From Guillardia theta CCMP2712 (lineage: Eukaryota; Protista; Cryptophyta): a DNA stretch of 64,000 nucleotides. The DNA lies in NCBI RefSeq assembly GCF_000315625.1, contig NW_005434630.1:508711-572710 (forward strand), written 5' to 3'. A program made the translations under genes and the position numbers. How positions within the stretch are numbered: the stretch's first letter is position 1; every line of letters starts with the position of its first letter. The notes below the pieces were generated by a model. The model saw only the letters and a program-made list of their open reading frames with translations, ran no database searches and was not told the DNA's origin. Positions 11,839 to 26,400 of the stretch are shown here, piece after piece.

Positions 11839-12720
11839 AAGACGCCTAAATTTCCTTTCGAGCTGCCAGCATCAAGCGGTAGGGCAGGAGCACCCCTATG
11901 AAAATAATCGGGTGGGGGTTTACTTGTGGGGGTGGGGGTGCGATAACGAGGACAAAAAGGACCCTTGGGGTACAAAAGTTACACACATAACCCGTACCTT
12001 GAAGTATTGCTTTGATTTCAAAAAAGGGGGTACTTTAGATGGTTTTACAAATTTGGGGGTAGGGTGTGGAGTTTTACTTCCAATAGCAGGTAGGGGTACT
12101 GATTGAGTGGGTGAAGCTTGTGTCTTTAGTAAACTGAAAGATATTATTCTATAACGGTATTTGCTCCAAGGGTGGGTCCTTTGTAGGAAATAGATAGGTG
12201 GTACAAAGAAAGTATAACGGTTTCTGTGTTGTAAAGTAGGTAAGCTAAAATAGAAACAAAAGTAGGTAAGCTAAAGGAGAGTGACTTTTTGCGTCGGCCG
12301 GGCGCCCGGGCCGCGGTGGCAGGCGATCCGACCGGGCCCGGCACAAGGTTCCGGGCCCCGGGAATTTCCGACAGCCGGGCAGTGCCACCTGACGGTCGGA
12401 CATGAAACTCATCGTACTTGTTAGAGGCTTGGTGAAAGTTGGGCCTGCCTGACCCGCCTCAGTTGCCGAGTCACGCCCGGGCCGCATCCGGGCCGTGCCA
12501 GTCTGTGACTCAGGGTGATGATCGACTGACTTGCAACTTCCGAGCCATCCCGGGCCCCTCAGAGGCTATGGGGCCGGCCCCCGGCCGGGCCTTGACACTG
12601 ATCGGACTCTCCGAGTCACCGACCGGGCCGGGGGCCGCACTCGGAAGCCCGGGCCCGGCCCGACGGCGGGCTTCACTGAGTGACACCCGGCGATCCGAGC
12701 AGGCAAACAGATTCCCCGGA

Positions 12721-15700
12721 ATGGCGGCAGAAGCGACTGGTGAGAGGCTATGGCCGAGACGGGGGAAGAGGAGGTGGCGGTGGAGGAGGAGGTTGAGGAG
12801 ATCGTGGATGAAGAGAACAAGATCGTATCACAAGCTTCCTTGCGCCATTGAGTCGTTTTGGTGCTCCGTCTTGACTTTGATTGTTTGCTTTGATCTGGGT
12901 ACTGTAGCGCGCTGGGTTGTATGCTCGCATTCTGCAACTCTGTTGCTGCCACTTTGAGCCCGAAGAATGAGTTTCTCATCCTCTCTGATACTTTGAATGA
13001 TCCTAGGAGAGGCAGATCCTTGAGATGTCAGCGACCCAAGTCCCCTTTGGGAGCGCTCCGCACAAGACCGAACTCCCGTACGACTCATTGCAGTTCCGCA
13101 ACAGACTGCGGGCGCTGCAATGCCTGGTCGAAGACGAAGACTGCCTTCTCTTCATTACAGGTCTGAACCTTCATGCCGAGGTGTGCTGACTGATGCGCGT
13201 GAAGGCATTGATGGAAACTACAACCTCGGGGCTACCATTGCTCTGAATTACTTGTTCTTCGGAAGTTCCGGGATGCAAGTTTGGCATGCAAGGCGTGACA
13301 GCTCCTTTGACGATGTGGATCTTGATCTCCTCCTCTTCCTCCCACTTATCTGTGATGCAGTGCTTCTTTGCCATTGGCAAGTCTCGGACACACCTCTACA
13401 CAGGCTCCGTCGAATCCTTTTGGAAGCTGTACGACCTGTGCGCACCGGTGCGGGGACGCGCTTGCTCTGTTCTGTTGAGCATCAGCGCTGACTTGACGTG
13501 CTCTGCCTGCTTTCAGATACATCAGCTCGAAGTCGTGACGCTCTCTCCCAGAGAGGAGGATGACGTGGACCTCGCGGAGGAAAGGAAGGTGATGACTTTC
13601 CTCGACTTCACCGACAAGTTTCGAGCCGTCTCGATGGACCTGTCGAAGCCTGTGCATGGCAATCTGTCACAGGGGCTGGAGGCTGATCAACCTCAAGTTG
13701 TAGAACACTGGCCTCTCATCCAAGTCTTCGGGATCCAGGAGCTCGGGAGTGAGAAGTTGTCGACGAAGAATCACGAACTTTCTGACTGTCTCTGCAGACC
13801 GAGGCTTTTTCACTATGAACCATCCTGTCAAGGACATCTCTGACAAGCTCATGAAGCTCTACTTACAAGTCGACTCCCACTCGCTGGAGGGCAGTTTGAC
13901 GTACAGGTTGTTCAAATACGTTGCATGGGCTCACGATTGCAAACAGGCAAGACCTTGACATGCTGGTGTTTCACTGGAAGACTTGTACGAACATCCTGAA
14001 CCAGACTGCGGCACATGAACGTCTGAAGGTGACAGGACTGAGATGCTTCGTGTGCACAAGTTTCTTGACTCCCTTGTAGTTGACAGAGGACGCGATCGTG
14101 GAACCGCTTGCCAGTTACTTCGAGTACGGAATCCTGAGGGCTTTCAATCAACATGCGCAGAGCTCTTGGAAGCCACGTGCGACCTTCGGGTTGAGAACGA
14201 ACGAGAAAAGTTCGCATGCCATCGCAAGCATCAAGGTGATGGTTGCAACCCTTCCCTGACATGTGTCGATCTGTGATTTCGACTTCACAAACCCTTGATG
14301 ATTCCCGATGCATTAGGTGGAAAACTCTGGAATAGATCAAAAACCAGCAGTTCACTTTGTCATCGAAGCTGCAGAGCCAAACGGGCCGTTGCGAACAGCT
14401 CGAACATACTTTCTAAGTGAGTGGATGAAAAACTGACTTTCTAAGCGTTGCTGATCGTAACATGCTACAGGCAATGGGGGTGCTGGGGCAAGGGTGAGAA
14501 CTTTTGATTGGGACGGCAATGAGACCAAGCAGGAGGACAACAGACTAGAAAGAGCTGGGAGGTCAGCGTACGCGAGATACCTCATGATGGCCTACTGCGC
14601 TGTGATCCACGTGCACGAGAAGCTGATGAAGTCTTGGTGCGAGGGAAGCGTGTCAAGCGTCGCCGACCTAAAGAAACATGCGACCGAGAGCCTGAAAGCC
14701 CTGGACCTCGACTGGTTCCGCAACTATGATTTCGAATCGGACCTGGATGTTCAACTCCTGGCGTTCGACAACATCGGCAACCCTGTCGAGGCTGTTCGGG
14801 GATCCCCTCACATGAAGTATCTGAGAGTGAACATGTATCACGTGAAGAGCTTGGATCAGACTCCGACGGATCTAGGAGCGGTCTGCTACGGAGACACCTT
14901 CCTTGATCTGCGATCCTCCTCCTCGCATCCGAGCCAACCGTCCAAGTCCAGATTCCTCAACGTGACTGCTCCCATTCCACGTCACCAGGGATGGATTCTA
15001 CCTGGGCAGGAAGAAGACACCGAGTATATGTATGCTCTTCTATCACGCCTGCAGGCCTCCAAGAGGAACCGGCACAACTCCATGGGAGCGCTGCTGCTCG
15101 AGAGCCCCCTCGAAGGGTTTTGCCTGTGCACACATATAAAGGAGCTGCCGAGGGTGTACGGTGACCTCTGGGTGCTGGAGAAAGGATTGATCTTCTCGAG
15201 TCACCAGCTGGGCTCTCTGGCCCTTGACTTGAAGCACGATGTCTCCTCCTGCGAGCTCTTCAACGTTGACTTCGTCGCCCGTGACGACTGCGAGCTCGCG
15301 TTTGCGGTGTTCGAGGTCAAGGAAGGAATGCAGCGCTATGGCATCACCGAGGTATCCCTCTCGCCCCGCAACTCTCGCCTCGTGCTCGCCTCCAGCGCTT
15401 CCGACAGGAGGAAGTTCGCAAGGGATGTGTGTCCCAGCTGGAGGTCGAGCTTGGAGGCGGATGGAGTGAGAGTGAGAGTAGTGGAGAAGGAAGAGCTCGA
15501 GCAGTTCAAGGAAGCCAACCACGTCACCTTGGATGCCGAGCACACAGCTCGCAAACAGGAGTTAGACAGCTTCCTCAGCTGCTACCGTGAGCAGGAAGCC
15601 CTCGTTATGTGCCCTGCCTTCCCGGAGGCAGCGGATAGGCAGAGGGATCAGGTAGGCGAGCAGGAGCTCATCGTGGTTGTCGGGCAACCGTGCTGCGACA

Positions 15701-17275
15701 AGAAGAGGCTCGTGGAGAAGATGATCGACATCTCCGGGGACCGCACCGCCTACAACCTCATCACGTACACCTCGACCAACTGCAGCCGGGGAGACCTCGA
15801 GGGCCTCCAGCAGGTGCTCCTCAGCAACGCGTCCTCTCATCGAGGTGACCTGCCGCATCCTCTCGCCGTTGCTGTCGTTCACGTTGGTGTTGCAGGCAAG
15901 GTCCACGTGCTCGTTCTATCCACGTTTAGCTCCGTCCTCCCCATCGCTGAGTTCCTTGCTGGCAACGAGGAGCTCCGCAGGACCGTGAGGCTCAGGAAGA
16001 TCCACAGCGTCCTCGACGCTCCTTCTGTTGTTCGCTCCGAGAGTCTCTCCGTCCATCCTTCATGCTCGCAGCAGATCCTCGCCGGCATCGTCTCCTGCAT
16101 CCTCCTCGTCAACGTGGAGCAGGCAGAGGACATGACCCTCGTTCAGCGGATGCTCAAGGGCATCAACCACCACAGCCGCTTGCTCCTCACCATCGCTGGC
16201 TCGCTGACGAAGCAGGCGGACATCGAACTTGTGCTGGGAGGAGGTGGCGACCTCTCGTTCGCCAGCGACAAGATGCGCGGCATCCGCGCCTCGTTGTACC
16301 CTGAGAGTTTTGCGAGGAGGGGAGGGGCTTTGCCCAGCTGCTCGACACCTGAGAAGTTCGAAAGGTTTCGATTTCCGCTGCCTCCTTCACTTTGTCTCTC
16401 CAAGCAGCTGCTCGTCCGCTCCTTGCGGCCTCTCTTCGCTACCAAACTCGGTGAGCGATGCCTCGCCCTTCCTCCCCATCACAGCTTTAGCTTTCCTCCT
16501 CCCCCCCTCTTCCCTCACCCCCTCCCTCCCTCCCTCCCTCTCTCCCTCCCTCCCTCCCTCCCTCCCTCCCTCCCATCGCTGACAGCCTTATTCAGACAAC
16601 ATCCAGTCGTTCGCAGCAGCTGCCAGCAAGCAAAAAAGCATGAACCTCATGTGCGTCAAGATTTGCGCGAAGTTTGCGGGGGAGGAAGGGAAACCAGCTG
16701 AGCTCAAGATCATGAAGCTGAGGCGTCGGAGCCTCGTCATCACCCCCCTGCCTGCTGGGGCTGAGCTGAGCCTAGAGGCTGGCGGACAGCACGTAGACCT
16801 CCAGCTCATCATTTCCTCCGTCCTCGCCGGTCGCTCGAGCGTCCCCAGGCTGCTGGTGGTGACGAAGGAGGTGGGGGCGGGGGCTGACGAGCAGCTTGCA
16901 GGTGCCGCGGAAGGCGGAGGAGGTGGGGGCGGAGGAGCGGGAGAAGCTGAAGGAGAAGCACAGGGAGGAGAGCTTGCCCGAGGGCTTCTACTACAACGGG
17001 ATGAAGTTCGTGGACTTCGAGGGGAACGTGCTGAAAGAGCACCCGCTCATGTCGTCGTGGATCGCCGAGTTGCTGAAGGAGGAGGCGCGAGGTGAGAGGC
17101 GAAGGAGGAAGGGAGGAGGTGACGAGGCTGTGTGCAGAGATGGAGCAGAAGAATCAGAGCATCCGGCAGGCGATGGAGGCGGTGGAGGAGGAGGAGCGAA
17201 GGTGCATGTTGCACGCAGCAGAAGCGAAGGCGATGTGAGGAGGGAGGAGGCAGCAGGGGAGGAGGAAAGAAATGA
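12721..17275 (+). CDS. DNAAF9: Dynein axonemal assembly factor 9 (C20orf194/Shulin) homolog
   Basis: Family-like motifs recalled from memory: GIDGNYN..NYLFFG, EHWPLIQ, GFFTMNH, GPLRTARTYF, C-terminal LPEGFYYNGMKFVDFEGN..HPLM; multi-exon, ends approximate. Confidence 0.8.
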
Positions 17276-17349
17276 TCTACTTTACATCTTCCAAAGAGCA
17301 CAAGAGCCCGTGACCCTCAGCTTCTCGTGGAGGAGGAGGGACTTGAACC

Positions 17350-20300
17350 TCAGGGCCCTTCCGTCACATCGCAGGGTCGCATGGCAGGAGAGGACGCGGC
17401 GTTGAGCTCCTTCCACGCCCTCTCCCCGCTGCTGAGCTTCAGCTGGAGACTCTCTTGGATCTCCCGCATCTTCTGCTCGTGCGCAGACGTGCTCTGCCTG
17501 ATCTTTGCGCGGGTCTTGTCGTCCTGCTGGGGAAGAGCTGAGTGGACGGCAGTTGCGAGCTTCAGGTCCCTCTCCCGCGTCTGCTTCCTGTACTTGCCGT
17601 TCTTCCCCGCCGCCTTCTCCACCATCTTGAGCTTTGCGCTCTCTGCTGCTCGGCAGATCCGCTCGAGGCGTATGGCGACGATCTCCCTCCTCTGCCGCTG
17701 CGCGTCCTGCTGGTACCAGTCCAGGAACTTGAGGATTTCCTTTACGTCATCCGCCCCCTCGCCGCCCTCCTCCATGCCCTCCTCCTCCCGGTCCAGGTCC
17801 ATGCTGCCGCTCTGCCGGACATGCCGGGAGGGGAGGAAGCGCTCGGCAACCTCGGCGTCCTCGATGGCCTTGAGGATGATGCGACGGTTCTCCTCGACTT
17901 GCCCGAGCACATTGCGGAACACGAGGATCATGGCGACCTGCAGGTCCTGCTCCTGCGGGAACGAGTGGAAGAGGCGGAGGAGGAGCTCAAGGCCGCAGCC
18001 CTCGCGGAAGGAAGCCTTCTCCGCCACCCACTCGAAGCTGAAGCCCTGCATGAGCATGGCGGCGCCAGAGGAGGAGAGAGGAGCTTGAAGGCAGTGGATG
18101 ATGAGCTTGTCCCGCAGGTCGAGGAGACCGACCTCAAGCATCATCGTCCTGATCTGATTTGAGTTGCGATTCGCCACCCGATTGAGGATCCTGACAACGC
18201 GAAGCGGGAGAGCAGGGGAGGAGGAGGAGGAGGAGGAGGAGGAAGATGAAGGAGAGGACAAAGAGGAGGAGGACTCGACAAGACGTCGGAAGATCCGCTC
18301 CAAGCTCTTGAGCACGGCGTTGACGTTGGGAGTCTGAGCCGGAGAAATCTCAGCGTTCTCCTCTAGCCGCTGGAGAATCTGGGATGCAAAAGTTAGTCCA
18401 GCGTGGACGGATGAGGAGGAGAACGAAAGGGTTGGAAGGAAGGGAATGCTTGCAGGTAGGAGGAGGTAGAGGGTTACCTCTTCCAGGACGGGGAGATACA
18501 GCAGGTCGTTTCGAATCAGCTCCTTCACATTCAGAACCTTCACGTCCTGCCACAGCCCGTGCCATGCCATGCTCCCTGCCACCCTCCCGATCGTCTCCCT
18601 CAGTTCTCTCTGCGTCCGCTCCCACTGGTCCCCTCGCCCTCGCCCTGCCCGCCCCTCCTCCTCCAGCCGCATGAGGATGCGTCGGCAGCAGTCAAGGCCG
18701 CCGGAGAGGAGGAACTTGACGGAGCTGAAAGGGTCGTCGAGGAGGAGGAGGACGCGCTTGCAGACGTCTAGACTCGCATCTTCCTCCTCGAGAGCAGGGA
18801 GAAGGTTCAGCAAGACCTGTAGGAGGTAGAAGTTCGGAAGCAGCACGGGCTCTTTCTCTGCCCTGCTCTCCGCCGCAGCCTTCCGCAGCAGCGCTGACGT
18901 GGCGTGCTGGAGCAGCGCATTGACGAGCATCATGCTGCTCCTCTGCGCTGGAGGACCTCAAGCATGAGCTCGAAGCCGCAGGACTTGAGGAAGAGCTTGC
19001 AGTCCTTGGGGGAGGAGAGGAGGAGGGCCAGGACATCGACGCCCCTGCAGCGCAGGCTCTCGTCCTCTGAGGAGAGGAGGCAAAAGCCGAGCTGGAACCC
19101 TCCTGCCGCTCGGAGGTAGTCGAGAGGGACGACAGAGGAGGAGGAGAGGGTGAGGAGGAGGAGCATGAGGTCGTTGTTGACCTGCGAGAGGTGCGGCAGG
19201 TGCATCCGACCGATCACCGCTTGCATGATCTCCGACACGTCGTTGACTGTCCACAGCCTGCAGGACCAGTCAGATGCATGGAGGAAGTGGGAGAGGCGAG
19301 GAAGGGAAGGTGAGGATTGCGAGGAAGGCAGAACAGAAGAAAGAAGGGAGGAGGGGGAAGAGGAAGTGGGGAAGGAGGATGAAGATGGAAAGGTGAGGAT
19401 AGGAAGGGGAGGATCGAGGAGGAAACTGGACCAGACATGGCGTGCAAGGAAAGGTTTGAACTTACGGCGCAAGCTGCTGCATGAGGGAGATGGAGATGGT
19501 CCAGAAGGAGGGGGGGAGAGCATCAAGAAAGTAGAGGAGGCGAGAGGTCCCGAGGAGAGGATACGACATCCACATGGTCCGGCTGCTGCTGGAGGACATG
19601 AAGCTGTCCTCAAGCACCCGCAGCAGGTCGCGCTGGATGTCGGAGGAAGAGGAGGGGATGAGGTCGACGAGGAGGAGGGAGACTTCAGGGTCTCTGAGGG
19701 TCTTTCCTCCTACCTCCTTGGAGGAGAGGTGCAGGAGGAGAGACATGACGGGGCCTTGGTCTCCTCCCCGGCCCAGCTGCTGGTGCACGACGTAGCAGAG
19801 AATCTGCAGGATGGTGTGAGGAGGGAGCGAAGAGAGAGAGGAGGGAGGAGGGAGGAGGGAGGAGGGAGGAGGACGGAGGAAAAGAGAGTGGAGACGAAGT
19901 AAGGGAGAAGGTAGGGGAGGAGAGGCTGCGAAGGAAGTACAGCAGAGGAATGGGGGATGAAAAAGAGGAGGAGGAGGAGGAGGAGGAGGAGGAGGAGGAG
20001 CAATGGGTTTCATACGCTGCATCCTTTTGCTGCCAGGAAAGCTCTGAAATTCGGTTCCCAGCGGACGAGAAGACCAACAAGAACCTCAAGCGCTTGAAGT
20101 TGAAGCTGCTCCTCTTGCGGAGAGATGAGCCTGCTCCCGACATTATCTCTCCTCTCCTCCCTCCCCTCCCCTCCCCTCCCCTCCCCTCCTCTTTTCTCTC
20201 TTTCTCTGGCTTCTGCTGCTCACCTTAGCGCTAGTTGAATGCCCCCGATCTGCAGAATCGTAAGGAGAAGGAAGTGAATGATGGGGAAACGAGACTGAGA

Positions 20301-20360
20301 TTGGTTTCGCTACATCCACGCAATGGTGATGTTGATGATGATGATAACGGAGATGATGAC

Positions 20361-20444
<84 letters not shown>

Positions 20445-23400
20445 ATCGCACCTTCCACATGACATCCAGCAGGCAGGATGTCCGATGAGCTTGAACGGCA
20501 CCCACAAGCTCGAAGCACATCCCTTCCTCCCCGCGCGACCGTGTGCTCTTCCCCTTGCCCGGGCTTGACTCAAGTCGGACGATGTCCAGGAACGATCCAT
20601 TGCTGATAGAGGCCGTAGAGACTCCATTCCTCCTCCTCCTCCTCCTCCTCCTCCTCCTCCTCCCGCCCCGGCCCCCACAGCACCAACCGCTCCCCCACCC
20701 TTGGACACAGAGATCTTGTCCACCACATCCTCCAGCAGGTCCGCCAGCTTCTTCCCGCTCCTTGTCTGCGTGTCCAGCACAGACCCCAGCACTTCTCCGA
20801 TCACTCCCCGTCGCGAGCAGGCCCGAGGATGCACCGTCATCAGCGCCTTCACTTCCCCCCCCTCCATCCCCAGCTGGTCTCCACCCAGCGGTCCCCCCGC
20901 AAACATTAGGGAGATGCTGCTGCTGCTCAAGATGCCGTCGGTAACCAGCAGCGGGCTCACCTGCCCCTCCAGCCCGGCCCCCAGCACCTCAGCGCGCATG
21001 CTGGGCTTCTCCTTGCCCCCAGCTGAGGAGACGAACGGGTAGACGGTGAAGCTGCAGCTCTGCACGAAGGAGCCGTCGAGGTAGAGGGAGATGGTCCGGT
21101 TGATCTGTGAGAACACCACCAGGTGCCAGCAGCCGTCCGGGAGGAACGAGGACGCGTTGAACGCGTTGAACCCGAACCCCTCGCTCCTTGCTGCTGCTGC
21201 TGCTGCCCCTCCTCCTCCTCCTGCCGGACCTGGTGATGTGTTGCCGGTCCCCATGCAGGTCCGGACGCCGATGCAGCGGGAGCGATCGTCCTGGGCTCCG
21301 AGCTTCTGCCAGTAGAGCTCGAGGCTCGCGCTGCTTCCCGCCGCCCACCGGAGGATCAAACTCTCCTCCTCCGTGAACTTGAGCACGCGCACCCAGAACG
21401 CGACGGAGTAGCCGGAGGAAGGCTTGGGGAGCTTGCGGTCGATGAGAGGCGAGCGAACGCACCCTTGACGCCCGTCGAGGTTGAAGAAGGCAGGAGGAGC
21501 GACTCTTGCACTCACGGTCTCGATCACCTGCATGGCCTGCAGCCTCGTCCTCCTCCTCCTCTCTTCCATCGAGCTCGTTCCCTCTTCCATCCCCGCATGG
21601 GACGCGAGCTTGAAGAGCAGCTTCGCCTCCTCAGCGCTGATGCTGTAGCTGCCGATGGCGCCGGTGAGTCGGACCCAGGAGGAGGCGGCGGGGAGGTCCT
21701 CGTCCTTGAGCCGCGTGAGGATGACGATGATCGCGTTCACGTTGGCGAGCTGCTGCGCGTTGCCCGGGCGGGAGGCGACGGACCGGCAGAGGAAGTCGAG
21801 GGCGACCTCCTGCGCGCGCGGTTCGGCATGGAGGAGGACGTGGAGGAGCATCCAGGCAGCGTCCTTGCTGCGGAGAGAGAAGTCGTCCTCGCTGCTCTCG
21901 TGCGGCTCGCTGCTCTTGCTGGAGAGCTCGAGCTCGAGCCCCTCCATGCAGAGATCCGAGTTTAGCTCCACGAAAGTGTTGCGAGAGGAGGCGGACCTGA
22001 GGAACAGGTGAGTGGAGTAGGGAGAGAGGGAGGGAGAGGAGGGAGAGGAGGGAGAGGAGGGAGAGGAGGCGCAGAGGGAAGAAGAAGGATAGAGGTGGAG
22101 AAGGAGAAGGGGAGGAAGTAGGAGAGATGGAAAGGAGGAAGGAGGAGGATGTATACTTGCTGGACGAAGTAGAAGGGGTCCGGATGTGCCTGCTCTTGTG
22201 TGCTTGAGCTTGAGGAGGAGCCGAGGCGAGGAGGCGGCGAAACTCCTTGTGGAAATGTTGAGGGCTGGAAAACCTGAGTGATGGGCTGCGATAGCTGAGG
22301 AGGAGAGCATCGGAATTCTCAGTAAAGGTGTTGTCGTACGCGTCGGGGTAGACCTGAAGGAAATGAAGGAGGTAAGAGAAACGAGAGAGGGAGAGGGGGT
22401 ATGCAAGATGGTGGTGGAGGTGGAGGAGGAGGAAGAGGAGCAGGAGCAGAAGTAACGTAGGATGAGAAGGAGGAGGAGGGGGGCATCTGGACTCACTATG
22501 AATGGTGACGTTGAACGTTCGCTGGCGATCTGCAGGAGGGACTCTACAGCTACTTCGTCTTTCTTGAGTGAAGATTCCACGACGATCTGACGAGAGAAGT
22601 AAGAAAGAAGGAGAAGAGCAGGAAGAAAGACGAGGAGAAGGGGAAAGGGGAGAGAAAGATTGGGAGAGGAGAGAACGCCGCATGTTAGGGGATGAAGACG
22701 AGGAGGAGAAGGTTGACTGAGGAGAGGAAAGAGAGTCACCTTGGCGAAATTTCTCAAGCCGACCTTGTTGTCGAGGAAAAGCTTGAGGGAGTCGCGGTTG
22801 AGGAGGAGGGAGGACAACACAGTGAGAGCAGAGTGAGCGAGCGAGGGACCCGCAGACTCGATGTCGAGCAGGAGGCAGGAAACGAGGCCCTCGTCCTTGA
22901 AGCGGAGAGCTACTTCCTTCCATCCGTCCTCCTGCTGCTTCAAACTCCTCCGCATTGCGCAAAGAAGCTTCTCAAATACTTCAGAAGAGAAAGAGGGAGA
23001 TGGAGGGAGAGAGGGAGAGGACAAACTTGAGATGAAGAGCATAAGGGAGGAGGGAGAGAGCAGGAGAAAGATGGAGTAGGTGGAGGAGGAGACCTTGTTC
23101 CGCTTGATGACGGAATATCGCTTGTTCTCTAGGAGGTCGACAATCTTTCGGATGCCATCGTGACAATCCTTTACTATCTCGAGCATCTGAAACTCAAAAG
23201 AATGAGGAGGAAGAGGAAGAGGAAGAGGAAGAGGAAGAGGAAGAGGAAGAGGAAGAGGAAGAGGAAGAGGAAGAGGAAGAGGAAGGAGGACGAGGATGAT
23301 GAGGTCAAGCCGAGGGTAAGAAACAAAGGAAAGGAAGAATATGAGAAGGAGAAGGGGAAGGAACGAGTGGAGGAGGCAGGTTCACCGTAAGGAGCAGCAG

Positions 23401-26400
23401 GGAGGAGAGTTTGTCTGCCTGGCTTGCCATGTACATCTGCCCCAGCATTGCAACGATATCGGCCGACATGCAACAGCGCTGGGACCCGTTGTGGAAGGAC
23501 GTCTGACCCTCCGCCACCTTCGCAGACCCCGCGGCAATGTGAGCCAGCAGCTCCACCAGCGCCATCGTGCACGAGGAGTTCTCCTCCATCCCGCTGAAGC
23601 AGCACCGCAGAAACACCATGGCGACTTCCTTCTCGCCTCCCTCCCATCGCTTCGACCCTCTCCCCTCCTTGTCCTCGTGCGCGTCTGCCACCTTGCCCTC
23701 TGAGTCCTCCCGCGTCCCGCCTGCTCCAACCGTCAACGTCCTCTCCTCATTTTACTCTCCACGCAGCCTCCCCCTCTCCCCTCCCCCCAATCCCCCGCTC
23801 CGGCTCGATCCCTCTTTCTCCGTCTCCAGCCTCCCCTCCCCTCCCCGCGCTTTCTTGCTCTCCTCGTCGTCTACTCCTCACCTGTTCCCTTTTCTTTCGC
23901 TCGCATCGTCTCTCGTAGCGCCTCCTGCGCCCACGTGATCAAGTCGCCGACAACTCCCTTGAGGTTCGCGCTGCTCTGCTTGCGGCAGCGTCTGTCCATC
24001 ACCAGGTCCCTCGCGGCTCCCAGAAGCTTCACGCGGCTCGCCATCGGGATGTTGGGAGAGCAGACAGCGCACCTGAGAATGTCCTCGATGATGCTCGTCT
24101 CGTACTCGCCGATTAGGACGGCACAGAAGGACAGCAGCTCCAGCACCACGTTCTGAAACTTCTCTGCGTCCTGCGACGTTTCTGTTCCCTCCTGCGGTGG
24201 AGACGCTGAGGAGCTAAGGAAGCTCTTGAGAAGATGCTTGAAGCCGTTGACCTTGTGTACACTGAAAGGGATCCAGCGTCAGAGCATGCCATCTTCGCCT
24301 CCCCCTGCTTTTCTCCCTCCTCTCGGCATTTCCATCCCTTACCAGGCAACGTTGTGAGGGTTGGCCAGCAGGATCTCACTCACTCCTTCAGCCGCGCGCA
24401 TCCTCACGGGCATGTCGAGGTTCGAGCCGGAGACGAGCTGCTTCAGAGTCAGAAGGAGAGGAGGAGGAGGAGGAGGAGGAGGGAACTACCTCGAAGAGAA
24501 GCTCAAGCGCATCCAAGTTGCCTACTCTACCGTTGATGTTGCCGTCAAGGCACACGGAGATGAGCAGGTGGAACATGCTCTGAGTGAAAATGAAGAAGAA
24601 GAGAAAGAAGAAGAAAAAGAAGAAGAAAAAGAAGAAGAAAAAGATGATGATGATGAGAAAGAGGGGGAGGGGGAGGAAGAAAATGAGGAGGGTCAGTCTC
24701 GACCTCACACAGGGATGAAACATGTTCACCTCCAGGAAGCGCTTTCCAGACGGCAACGAGTAGTCGTCCACCGACGAGAAGATTCCGTGTAGGATGGAGT
24801 ATCCTTGAATCGCCCGGAACTCCCTCTGGTTGTGAGCGTTTTGCATCAGGAGCTTCGAAACGGCTTCGAACAGCTCGATTTTGGACACGCTCACTGTGTC
24901 CCGCATCTTGTCCACCAGTGTCTTCAGAGCTCCCTGCCGCAACATCACCAGGCGAAGGAAGTCCGGCATCTCTTACCTGGATGCACAGCAGCTCTTTTAT
25001 CATCTCATCCTGTCGGGGTCCTGCATCGCTGCACTTGCCCCTGGACTTGGCCAAGGTCTCGACACCATCGCTATGTGTGAGATACTGAGCTGATGTCAGG
25101 GCTGATCATAGTCGGCAGCACCTCCAACCTCATTCATGCTCGAGTCATCATCTAAGGCTGAGCACATGAGCTCGATCTCTTCAAAGCAGCCCGCCACCAC
25201 TTTGCGGGGGATGGGGAACTGAAAGTCATTGTTGACCTCAGCTTGTGCTTCGTCCTGCGACGGTGAACTCTGAACCACTTGGCTGATCAAGACCTTTGCT
25301 CCTTCCCAGAGAACTGGAGGCCTCAGCGACAGGTTCAGCCCGAGCTTCTTGGACCTGAGACGAGATCAGACGCAGTCAGAGAGCTACGTGCAAGGTAAGT
25401 TAAGAGAACTACCTCTGGTTTGCTGCCTGCACTGCAGAAACTAGCTGCGCCGGGACTTCGCCATGCGCCTGATCGTTCTGAACATCCACTGAGAAGAAGC
25501 TCGTCACGTCATGTTTCGGACTGACAACTGCAAGTCGTACAGAAATGCTTCAGCGTCTTCAGCGCTTCTTTCTCAAGCTCTCCCTCCCCATCAAGCATGA
25601 GCTGAACCACCTGATGCATCAACGGCACTTACAACCTGGAAGCGACAAGGTAGAAGAGGCAACCTTTTTAAATCCATCCAGCCGCCCTATGTTGAGCTTG
25701 CTCTTGACATCAGACCCTATTCTTGTGAGGATCTTCAGTGCAAGCTGCTTTTTCTCTGACCCTTGAACCGAGTCAAGCAGAGATAGGATTTGGCTGAGAA
25801 CCTTCACAAACGGTGGTTAAGGCAGTTCGACTACATTGTTGTCAGATGGTACCGGCAGCGATTCAGCAACGAGGTTTCGATATTTCTCATCGTGAATGAT
25901 CATCTCAGCGCATTCAAGCGCTTTGTGAACCACTTCTGTGACCATCGCTTCACCACCGTCCGCTTGATCCTTGACTGTCCCTTGCCTATACTGAAGTCAG
26001 AGTCCAAAAGGAGGTTTCGATCCGAAATCACCTGTCTACTAGATCAAGGAGCGCGATTAAGATGTCAGAGCAATCTCCAAAGAAGTTGTCGAGATCAGGC
26101 CCATGCTCTTTGTTCTGCAGCTCCTTGTAGGCTAGTTGAAAACTGTCGAGGAAATCCGACAACTTTGCACATTTCAAGGAGACGCTGACATCTCCCATGA
26201 CTGCTTGATACTCTTCCCACAACTTCTTGCATCGTCGATATGTGTTATGCTGTCGCCAGAGCTCGCGTACTTTCCGCATGTCTTCTCAAAGTGAGATTTC
26301 GTTCAAACTAGATCAGGACCACCCTGAGTTTCTTCAACGTTTACAAGATCAGCAACCAGGTAGACAGTCCTCCCTTCAAGCATCTTCAAGTTGGTAACAT

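Noticed and set aside
20310-23186. 958-aa single-exon ORF
   Set aside because: It reads through stop-poor pyrimidine-rich introns and a (ATC)n tract; it is part of the spliced neurobeachin-like gene
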